Assembly: GCA_003220685.1 (NCBI GenBank)
Contig: QHTE01000048.1
Location: forward strand, 95,029-159,028
DNA: 64,000 bases
Direction: 5' to 3'
DNA from: Candidatus Rokuibacteriota bacterium
Lineage (GTDB): Bacteria; Methylomirabilota; Methylomirabilia; Rokubacteriales; CSP1-6
Shown: positions 37,337 through 44,867 of the stretch, piece by piece
How the letters are laid out: each line of letters starts with the position of its first letter
Position numbering within the stretch: position 1 is the stretch's first letter
Made by a program: the position numbers and the translations under genes
Notes under the pieces: model-generated
What the model was told of the DNA's origin: nothing
Seen by the model: the letters and a program-made list of their open reading frames with translations, nothing else
The model's database searches: none

Positions 37337-37610
37337 GTGCGTGCGACTGCCGATAACCTGCGACGTTTGACCGGCGCGATCGTGAAGGCGGGCGGGAGCG
37401 CCGCCGTGGAGGCCGACCTCGTCGCCGAGCACCTGGTGCGCGCCAATCTGATGGGCCACGACAGCCACGGCGTCGGCATGATCCCGACATACGTCCGCCA
37501 CCTGAAGGCCGGGCTCGTCGTGCCGAACACGCGCGCGCTGGGCCGAGATCCTCGCCGCGGCGGAAGCGGTCGGGATGTCGCGCGCCGAAGCCGCGGCGCT
37601 GGGCGCCTGA
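37337..37610 (+). pseudogene. Ldh_2 family (malate/L-lactate/ureidoglycolate dehydrogenase-like) remnant (internal deletion plus frameshift)
   Basis: GTG 37337 with an AGGAGG RBS. The N-terminal 'LRRLTGAIVKAGGSAAVEADLVAEHLVRANLMGHDSHGVGMIPTYV' is the Ldh_2 signature. After about 37538 the +1 frame gives a short C-terminus 'WAEILAAAEAVGMSRAEAAALGA*'. About 250 aa are missing. Confidence 0.5.
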
Positions 37611-37643
37611 TCCGCGTCGCCCTCGAATGACGGGACGCCGGCT

Positions 37644-38519
37644 CTAGAACGGCAGGTCGATCTGGTGCGCCCGGAAGAACGTCGCCACGGCCGCCGTCCA
37701 GAGCGGCGTCCCGGCGGCCGAGGGATAGACGCCGTGGCCGCGATTCTCGGGAAACGGCGGTAGCATCACGAAGTCGCCGCGCCCGCCAGCGGCGCGGAAG
37801 CTCTCGAACCAGAGCTTGGCCGCCGCCGGGCCGATGAACGCGTCGTTCTCCGCGTAGAACCACAAGACCGGGACCGCGACGTCCGGCGCGATCGACGCGA
37901 ACAGCCTGGCCACGGGATCCGGCGCGCAGGGCAGCCCCGGATGCGTGTCCGGGCGGCCGCCGCGACCGGGCGCGAACGCGAGCACGGCGACGAGACCGTC
38001 CGGGCGCTTCGACGCGGTGTAGATCGACGCGAACCCGCCCGAGCTCTGGCCGACGAGCAGCCAGTGCCGGCGATCGAGATCGGATTGGGTCTTCGCCCAC
38101 TCGATCGTCGCAAGGAGATCCAGCGCCGCGCCTTCCCCCGCGCGGCGGAAGTCCGGGCTCTTGCAGGTGCCGTACGAGTCGCCGAACGTGTCTCCGCCGC
38201 TGGCGCCGTAGCCGCGTCTCACCGGGACGACCACCGCGTAACCGCGCCTCACCCACTCGCGGATCGGGTTCAAGGCCCGAAACCGGCCGATCGTGCGATT
38301 CGCTTCCGGCGTGGTCGCGGTGCCGTGGCTCATCACGATCCACGGAAACGGTCCCCAGGCGCGCGGCCGGTAGGTCGTGACCACGATTGTCGCGTGCGCG
38401 GCCGGCACCGACACGCTGTGGATCTCCTCGCGGAGCGACGCGTCGATCGGATCGGCGGCGCGCGCGACCGAGACCGCGCACGCGCCGACCGCCAGCGCGA
38501 CGAGCAGGCCCTTGATCAC
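37644..38519 (-). CDS. secreted alpha/beta hydrolase (dienelactone hydrolase/prolyl-oligopeptidase-like)
   Basis: 291 aa from a GTG that overlaps the upstream stop (GTGA). Signal peptide 'VIKGLLVALAVGACAVSVARA'. Nucleophile elbow 'GQSSGG'. Confidence 0.75.
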   Translation of the reverse strand: MIKGLLVALAVGACAVSVARAADPIDASLREEIHSVSVPAAHATIVVTTYRPRAWGPFPWIVMSHGTATTPEANRTIGRFRALNPIREWVRRGYAVVVPVRRGYGASGGDTFGDSYGTCKSPDFRRAGEGAALDLLATIEWAKTQSDLDRRHWLLVGQSSGGFASIYTASKRPDGLVAVLAFAPGRGGRPDTHPGLPCAPDPVARLFASIAPDVAVPVLWFYAENDAFIGPAAAKLWFESFRAAGGRGDFVMLPPFPENRGHGVYPSAAGTPLWTAAVATFFRAHQIDLPF

Positions 38520-40786
38520 GTGTCGAGCGCCGCCCTGACCCTCGGCGCCGTCACCGGCAGGTGGCGCGCGGCGGCGTCGCCCACGGCGGCGGCCACGGCG
38601 TTCGCAACCGCGGCGCCGACACCCGACGTTCCGGCCTCTCCGGCGCCCTTGACGCCGAGAGGATTCGAGGGCGCGGCGGACTCGTGGACGAGCAGCTCGA
38701 CCGCGGGCACGCGCGCCGCGGTCGGGATCGCGTAGTCCATGAAGGTGCCGGTGAGGAGCTGGCCGCTCGCGTCGTAGACGAGCTCTTCGAGCGTGGCGTG
38801 GCCGATGCCCTGGACGACCGCGCCTACCAGCTGGCCTTCGACGATCGTCGGATTGAGCGCGCGCCCCACGTCGCACAGGACGAAGTGCGTCTCGGGACGC
38901 ACCTCGCCGGTCGTCACGTCGACGCCCACCACGGAGAGGTGGACCCCGAACGAGCCGATGGCGCGCGTGGTTTCGTGACGCCACTCGGCCTCGAGCGGAC
39001 CGCCGGCGAGCGCGGCGATCTCGCGCAGCGAGCAGCGCCGGTCCGGCACGCCGCGCACGAAGGCGGCGCCGCCGTCGAGCTCGATGTCGGCCGCGCTCGC
39101 CTCGAAGTGTCGTGCCGCGAGCGCCGCGATCTGCTCGCGCAGTCGCGTCGACGCCTGGTACACCGCGGAGCCGGCCATCACGGCGGAGCGGCTCGCCGAG
39201 CTACCGACGCCGTGCGGCATCCAGCGCGTGTCGCCCAGGTGCACGGCGATGTCGCCCGGCGGCACCTGAAGGACCTCGGCGCAGACCTGGGCGAGCGTCG
39301 TCGGAAGCCCTTGACCGAGCGACGTGGAGCCCGCGGCCAGCTCGACACGCCCGTCGGCGGTCAAGCTGACCCGGGCGCTCTCGAACGGGCCGGTGCCCGA
39401 GGTCTCGATGACGGCCGCGAGACCGACCCCGTATCGCACGTCGCCGCCGGCGGCGTTGCGCGCGCGACACGCGGCGCGGCGCTCTTCGTAACGGCCGGCC
39501 TTCAGCGCGTGCTCGAAGATCGCGCCGAAGTCCTCACCCGCGAAGTCGGCGCTCCGTCCGGTGACCGCCCCTGCCACGGTGTCGACGGTGTGCGGCTCCT
39601 CGCCGGGCCGCGCGAGATTGCGGCGGCGGATCTCGGCCGGGTCGAGCCCCGAGCGCCGGGCGAGCAGATCGAGCACGCGCTCGCGCACGAACGTGCCCTC
39701 GTAGAAGCCCGGCGAGCGGACCGTGCCGGTCGGGGTCTTGGTGGTCATGACGCAGGAGACGCGGCAGCGATAGCTCGGCCAGCGGTACGGTCCCGGCAGG
39801 TACGAGGCCGTGAGCGCGGCGGCCCAGACGCCGTGCGTGCGGAGATGGCCGCCCATCACGTTGACGAGGACGGCGTCGAGCGCCAGCAGCCGCCCGCGCT
39901 CGTCGGCGGCCGCCGCCACCGACCACTGCTGCTCGCGCGAGTGATTGATCGAGAGAAAGTGCTCGCGTCGGTCCTCGACCCACTTGATCGGTCGGCCCAA
40001 GCGTCGCGCCAGGTGCGGGATCAGGAAGTCTTCGGGATAGAACTCGCCGCGCGCGCCGAACCCGCCGCCGACGTCCGACTCGGCGAAATCGATCCGCGCC
40101 TCGTCGACCCCGAGCATGCTCGCGAGCGTGCGGCGATTGAAGTAGGGAACCTTCGTCACGCCCCACACCGTCAGGCGCCCGCCGCCGGCCTCCCACTCGG
40201 CGAGCAGCCCACGCGGCTCCATGGGCGCCGCCGTCTGGCGCCCGATGGAGAGCCGGTCGCTCACGACGAACGCCGCGTCCCGCAGCGCGCCGTCGACGTC
40301 CCCGAGCGCGGTGGTCCACGAGTCGGCCACGTTGCCCTCGGGGAAGAGCGGCGGCCCGCCATCGCCCGGTTCGCCGGGGGTGACGAACGCCGAGAGCACG
40401 TCGTACTCGACGTCGACCTGCTCGCGCGCGTCGATAGCAGCGGCGCGATCGGTCGCGACGACGACCGCCACCGGCTGACCCGCGTAGCGGACCGTGTCGC
40501 CGGCCAGCGGCGGCTGGAGATAGGCCGCATGCGCCGGCTTGCCGGCCTGCCGAAGCGGAATCGTCGGCACGCCCGCGAGGTCGGCGGCTGTCAGGAGGGC
40601 CAGCACGCCCGGGCGGGCGAGGGCGCCCCGCCCGTCGATGCGGCGCAGGCGCGCGTGAGCGTGGGGGCTGCGCACGATGACCGCGTGCGCCATGCCCGGC
40701 CGGACCAGGTCGTCCACGTACCGTCCGCCGCCGACGAGCAGGCGCGGATCCTCGAGTCGCTTGATCGGGAGGCCGATGAACCTCAC
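38516..40786 (-). CDS. xanthine dehydrogenase/CoxL family molybdopterin-binding large subunit
   Basis: 756 aa. 'IKRLEDPRLLVGGGRYVDD' N-terminus, 'GGGFGARG', 'GQG..T' and 'GVKGAGEAGT' motifs. No adjacent 2Fe-2S or FAD subunit genes. Confidence 0.9.
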   Translation of the reverse strand: MRFIGLPIKRLEDPRLLVGGGRYVDDLVRPGMAHAVIVRSPHAHARLRRIDGRGALARPGVLALLTAADLAGVPTIPLRQAGKPAHAAYLQPPLAGDTVRYAGQPVAVVVATDRAAAIDAREQVDVEYDVLSAFVTPGEPGDGGPPLFPEGNVADSWTTALGDVDGALRDAAFVVSDRLSIGRQTAAPMEPRGLLAEWEAGGGRLTVWGVTKVPYFNRRTLASMLGVDEARIDFAESDVGGGFGARGEFYPEDFLIPHLARRLGRPIKWVEDRREHFLSINHSREQQWSVAAAADERGRLLALDAVLVNVMGGHLRTHGVWAAALTASYLPGPYRWPSYRCRVSCVMTTKTPTGTVRSPGFYEGTFVRERVLDLLARRSGLDPAEIRRRNLARPGEEPHTVDTVAGAVTGRSADFAGEDFGAIFEHALKAGRYEERRAACRARNAAGGDVRYGVGLAAVIETSGTGPFESARVSLTADGRVELAAGSTSLGQGLPTTLAQVCAEVLQVPPGDIAVHLGDTRWMPHGVGSSASRSAVMAGSAVYQASTRLREQIAALAARHFEASAADIELDGGAAFVRGVPDRRCSLREIAALAGGPLEAEWRHETTRAIGSFGVHLSVVGVDVTTGEVRPETHFVLCDVGRALNPTIVEGQLVGAVVQGIGHATLEELVYDASGQLLTGTFMDYAIPTAARVPAVELLVHESAAPSNPLGVKGAGEAGTSGVGAAVANAVAAAVGDAAARHLPVTAPRVRAALDT

Positions 40787-40812
40787 TGGAAGAGGGATGG
40801 TACCATCCGCTC

Positions 40813-41096
40813 GTGCAATGGGGGCGCACCGTCACCGTGATCGGCTGCCACGTCGGCGGCGAGGACAACCACGTGATCGTCGGCGGCGTGCTGCCGCCGC
40901 CGGGCGCCACGATGTTCGAGAAGAAGCGCTACCTCGAGACGGAGCGATCGCCGCCGAGGTCGTCGTGGGCGGACGGCCGGGCATCGTCCCCACGATCGCC
41001 GGGCAGGCGTGGATCACCGGCGTCTTCCAGCACGGCTCCAACCCGTCCGATCCCTTCCGCCACGGCTTCACGTTGCCCGACATGTGGTTCGCCTGA
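40813..41096 (+). pseudogene. proline racemase/4-hydroxyproline epimerase family remnant (internal deletion plus frameshift)
   Basis: N-terminus 'TVTVIGCHVGGEDNHVIVGGVLPPPGATMFEKKRYLETE' matches the family 'IDSHTGGEPTR.V.GG' pattern. From about 40945 another frame reads 'AIAAEVVVGGRPGIVPTIAGQAWITGV...DPFRHGF..*' (the family C-terminus), with its stop at 41094-41096. Confidence 0.55.
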
Positions 41097-41112
41097 CCGA
41101 GGAGGATTTCGC

Positions 41113-42141
41113 ATGAGCACGCATCCGGCGCTGGACCTGTCCCACACGGCGATGAGCGAGGACGAGGCGCTGCGCTTCCTCGACGGCCATCGCATCCGCA
41201 TGGGGAGCCGCACGATGGACCCCAAGGCGCAGATCGTGGGCGAGTTCGTCAAGTCCATCCGCGTGCCGGGATACTATCCGCCGCTGCCCGAGCTCAGGCA
41301 GCAGCTCCGCGCGATGGTCAACTTGATGGACGAGCCCGCGCCCGAGCTGGCGCGGGTCGAGGACATCCGCATTCCCGGACCGGCCGGCGAGATTCCCGCT
41401 CGCTTCTATTCGTCGACCGCCGCGAAGACGCGGGAGCCGGCCGTCGCGTACTTCCACGGCGGCGGCTGGGTGCAGGGCGATCTCGAGACCCACAACGGGC
41501 TCTGCGCGCGGCTGGCCAAGCACGCTCGTGTGCTCGTCGTAGCCGTCGACTATCGGCTGGCGCCCGAGAACAAGTTCCCGGCGGCGGTCGAGGATTGCTT
41601 CGCCGCGTATCGCTGGCTGCGCGAGAAGGGCCGCGACCTCGGCGCCGACACCGCGCGCATCGCGGTGGCCGGCGATTCGGCCGGCGGCAACCTCTCCGCC
41701 GTCGTCTCGCAGCTCGCCGCGTCGGCGGGCATGCCGGTGCCGACGTGTCAGGCGCTCATCTATCCGGCCGTCGACGCCTCGCTCGAGACGGACTCGCACC
41801 GTGAGCTGGTCGACGGGCACGTGATCCCGCGCGAGCGCATCATCTGGTACATGCAGCAGTACCTGAGGAGCGACGCGGACCGGGCCGACTCGAGGTGCTC
41901 TCCGCTCCGCGCGGCGAGCCTCACGGGCCAGCCGCCGGCCATGATCGTCACCGCCGGCTTCGACCCACTCCGCGACGAGGGTCGGGCGTACGGAGAACGG
42001 CTGCGCGAGGCCGGCGTAGACGTCGTCTACCGCGAGTATCCCGGCCAGATCCACGCGTTCGTGTCGCTGACGAAGGCGATCCCGCAGGGCATGGCCTGCA
42101 CGCTCGAGATCGCTGACTTCCTCCGCCGGCGTCTGGGCTGA
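41113..42141 (+). CDS. alpha/beta hydrolase fold-3 esterase/lipase (HSL family)
   Basis: 342 aa from MSTHPAL with a GAGGAGGA RBS. 'YFHGGGW' oxyanion motif, 'GDSAGGN' nucleophile elbow, and 'DPLRDEG..' plus 'HAF' for the acid and His. Confidence 0.85.
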   Translation: MSTHPALDLSHTAMSEDEALRFLDGHRIRMGSRTMDPKAQIVGEFVKSIRVPGYYPPLPELRQQLRAMVNLMDEPAPELARVEDIRIPGPAGEIPARFYSSTAAKTREPAVAYFHGGGWVQGDLETHNGLCARLAKHARVLVVAVDYRLAPENKFPAAVEDCFAAYRWLREKGRDLGADTARIAVAGDSAGGNLSAVVSQLAASAGMPVPTCQALIYPAVDASLETDSHRELVDGHVIPRERIIWYMQQYLRSDADRADSRCSPLRAASLTGQPPAMIVTAGFDPLRDEGRAYGERLREAGVDVVYREYPGQIHAFVSLTKAIPQGMACTLEIADFLRRRLG

Positions 42142-42144
42142 GCG

Positions 42145-42822
42145 ATGACCTTCTCTCTGATCGGGCGGTGCGAGCGCAGCGGCATGTTCGGGGTCGCGAT
42201 CTCGACCAGCGAGATGGCGGTCGGCTCGCGCTGCATCCACGTGGCCCCCAATGTCGGCGCCATCATCACGCAGGCCAGCACCAATCCGCGTCTCGGTCAT
42301 CTCGGTCTGAATCTCTTGCGCGACGGCTATTCGGCGTCGCGCGTTCTCGACGAGATCGCCGCGAGCGACCAGTACGTCGAGCGCCGGCAGCTTGGCTGTC
42401 TCGACGTCACCGGCCTGGGCGTGGCGCGAACCGGCTCGGGGAACCGGCCGTGGGCGGGTCATCGCGTCGACCGCAACGTGGTCGTGGCCGCCAACGCCGT
42501 CGTCGGCGCCGAGGTCGCCGACTCGATGTTCGACGCGTTCAAGCGCGGCGCCGATCTTCCGCTGTGGGAGCGCCTCCTGCGATCGATCGAGGCCGGGAAG
42601 GCGGCCGGCGGCCAGCCCGACGGCGAGACCTCCAGCGGGCTCTACGTCGTCGACCGCGACATCTACCCCATGGTCGACCTGCGCGTGGATCTACACCCGT
42701 CGCCCGTCGCCGAGCTCCGCCGGCTGGCCGACGCGTACTTTCCGCTGGTGTCGTACTACAACCTGCGCCCGCGCGATCCCAACGTGCCGCCGGCCGCGGA
42801 ATGGCTCGCAGGCCACCGATAA
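42145..42822 (+). CDS. DUF1028 family (Ntn-hydrolase-like) protein
   Basis: 225 aa. The 'MTFSLIGRC...GMFGVAISTS' N-terminus and 'LLRSIEAGKAAGGQ' are typical of DUF1028 (from memory). Confidence 0.75.
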   Translation: MTFSLIGRCERSGMFGVAISTSEMAVGSRCIHVAPNVGAIITQASTNPRLGHLGLNLLRDGYSASRVLDEIAASDQYVERRQLGCLDVTGLGVARTGSGNRPWAGHRVDRNVVVAANAVVGAEVADSMFDAFKRGADLPLWERLLRSIEAGKAAGGQPDGETSSGLYVVDRDIYPMVDLRVDLHPSPVAELRRLADAYFPLVSYYNLRPRDPNVPPAAEWLAGHR

Positions 42823-42875
42823 GGGCCCAGCGGGTCCTTCTCGGCGGCCTGCAGGTGGTGTCTCTGGCGAGATGC

Positions 42876-43490
42876 TCACGCGAGCATGGTGAGGGTCTGG
42901 TGGAGCGTGCGGACGCGGGCGTACATCTTCATCGACTTGTCGAGACTGTAGGCGTGAGCCGCGGCGTCGCTGCCCCAGCAGCACTCGCGGACGACGACGG
43001 TGTCGAGGTCCATGCTGAAGGCCTCGCGCACGCTGGTCTCGACGCCGCGGTTGGTGGCGCCGCCGCCGATGACGAGCGCCGTCCGGCGCAGCAGCCAGAG
43101 CAGCTCGGCCGCGCCGGTGCCGTAGAAGGCGCTCGGCCGGCGCTTGAGGTAGACGTAGTCCTGGGCACGCGGCGCGATCTCGTCCGGGAAGCCGGCGTCC
43201 GGGGTACCCTCGACACAGTTGGTGAGCGACGGTACGCCCGTCTCGGCGCTGAGATCGGTCGGCAGCAGCACGACGTCGGCGCCGTCGGCCCGGCTCACCG
43301 GGGTGGTATAGATGACGGGCATCGCGCGCGCCCGGCACGCGGCGATCAGGGTGACCCAGGCGTCGAGCACCGGCCGCATCGCCGCGCGGCGTGCGGGGTC
43401 GGCCGGGGTGAGGGCGCGGCGGCAGGCGTCGTACACGATCAGGGCGGCTCGCGAGGTGTCGATGCGGTCGGTGCTGGCAGTCATACTCAT
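42876..43490 (-). CDS. isochorismatase-family cysteine hydrolase
   Basis: 204 aa. 'ALIVYDACR', 'KRRPSAFYGT.L..LL' and 'LVIGGGATNRGVETSVREA' show the isochorismatase fold pattern. Confidence 0.8.
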   Translation of the reverse strand: MSMTASTDRIDTSRAALIVYDACRRALTPADPARRAAMRPVLDAWVTLIAACRARAMPVIYTTPVSRADGADVVLLPTDLSAETGVPSLTNCVEGTPDAGFPDEIAPRAQDYVYLKRRPSAFYGTGAAELLWLLRRTALVIGGGATNRGVETSVREAFSMDLDTVVVRECCWGSDAAAHAYSLDKSMKMYARVRTLHQTLTMLA

Positions 43491-43527
43491 GCCCGGATTC
43501 TAATCCGGCGCGACGTGAGGTGATCCG

Positions 43528-44334
43528 ATGACAGACACGAAGCCCGGGCGCGCGCACCTCATCATGGGTGGCTTTCCGCCCGGATCACAAGCCGGCCACG
43601 ATCACGACTACGCGCGCCTGCGGCTCCTCGGCCTCCTGGCGGAGCGCGAGATTCCGGCGTCGGTCGCCAACGACTTCGCGGACGTCGAGAAGTGGCTGCC
43701 GGTGAGCCGCTTCTTGCTCACGTACGTGGCCGGCCCGTATCCAGACACCGCGCAGTGCCGCGCCATGAAGCAATGGCTCGAAGCCGGCGGCCGCTGGCTC
43801 GGCCTGCACGGCACCAGCGGCGGCCGCGCCGAGCGGGTGGAAGGCTCGCGGCAGCGCCGGACCGTGAAGACCGAGCACCACGCGCTTCTCGGGAGCTATT
43901 TCCTGACTCATCCGCCGATCTGCAAGATCCGCGTCGACGTGACCGGCGACACGAGCCTGACGCGCGGGCTCGGCGCCTCGTTCGTCGTCGAGGACGAGCC
44001 GTACTTCATCGAGCTCCAGGACCCCAAGTCGACGCGGGTCCTGCTGACCGCGGACTACGGCCCGGGCGCCACGTCGCCCACCATCGGCACGCTGTATCCC
44101 TCCGACACGTCGCTCCAGCCCGACGGCAGGACGCGCGTGCTCGGCTACACGCGCGCGGTCGGCGGCGGCGGCGTCACCTACGTGGCGCTCGGCCACTGCC
44201 ACAATTCCGCGATCAGAGCGTCGCGCGTCGTCGATCCGACCGACACGACGCCGCTGACGTTCCGCGGCTCGTGGGAGAGCGACGCGTTCGCGACCCTGCT
44301 GCGCAACGCCATCGCATGGGGGATGGGGGGCTAA
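43528..44334 (+). CDS. ThuA-like domain protein (class I glutamine amidotransferase-like fold)
   Basis: 268 aa. 'GGRWLGLHGTSG' and 'YVALGH' are ThuA-type motifs. Confidence 0.7.
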   Translation: MTDTKPGRAHLIMGGFPPGSQAGHDHDYARLRLLGLLAEREIPASVANDFADVEKWLPVSRFLLTYVAGPYPDTAQCRAMKQWLEAGGRWLGLHGTSGGRAERVEGSRQRRTVKTEHHALLGSYFLTHPPICKIRVDVTGDTSLTRGLGASFVVEDEPYFIELQDPKSTRVLLTADYGPGATSPTIGTLYPSDTSLQPDGRTRVLGYTRAVGGGGVTYVALGHCHNSAIRASRVVDPTDTTPLTFRGSWESDAFATLLRNAIAWGMGG

Positions 44335-44422
44335 CGCGCGTTTCCGCTGAAACGTCTCAGCGCGTCGACCTCTTGCACCCGCCGGCGGGCGGTGTGAGAA
44401 GCTGACAGAAAGGAGAGCGACG

Positions 44423-44671
44423 ATGACCGACGACGCGGTGAAGGCAGAGCTGGAGCGACTCAGGACCGAGAACGCCGCGCTGAAGGCCCAGTCCTCACGC
44501 GGCGTCTCGTTGAAGGTCAGCGAGAAGGGCGGCGTGTCCGTCTACGGGCTCGGCCGGTTTCCCGTCACCCTCTACAAGGAGCAGTGGATCAAGCTGCTCG
44601 ACCTGGCCGACGACATCCGCGCCTTCATCAAGGCGCACGACGCCGAGCTGAAGGCCAAGGAGCCTCGCTGA
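44423..44671 (+). CDS. small hypothetical protein (N-terminal coiled coil)
   Basis: 82 aa with an AAAGGAG RBS about 8 nt upstream. 'KAELERLRTENAALKA' is heptad-like, followed by 'VSEKGGVSVYGLGRFPVTLYKEQW'. I recognise no family. Confidence 0.5.
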   Translation: MTDDAVKAELERLRTENAALKAQSSRGVSLKVSEKGGVSVYGLGRFPVTLYKEQWIKLLDLADDIRAFIKAHDAELKAKEPR

Positions 44672-44867
44672 GGCGGCGCCGCGCCGCTCGCTCGGGCGGC
44701 CCGACCACGGTCGCACCCGTCCGTCAACGATAGCAGGTGAGCCTCGTCCCGGGCGAGATTTGCCGAGGCGAGGCCCGAGCCCGCGCGCATGCAGCACAAG
44801 CACGTCCGTCATTTCATCGATCTCGTCTACGCGGCCCTCTAGAGTATCCTGACACGGAGCGGCCTCC

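Noticed and set aside
35494-38481. 995-aa minus-strand ORF spanning several genes
   Set aside because: Only the last 388 aa (the MetE-like part) look like a real protein. The upstream part is Arg/Pro-rich and overlaps the VOC gene, the Ldh_2 stub and the hydrolase, which are encoded in other frames or on the other strand. GTG 36660, overlapping the VOC stop, is the sensible start.
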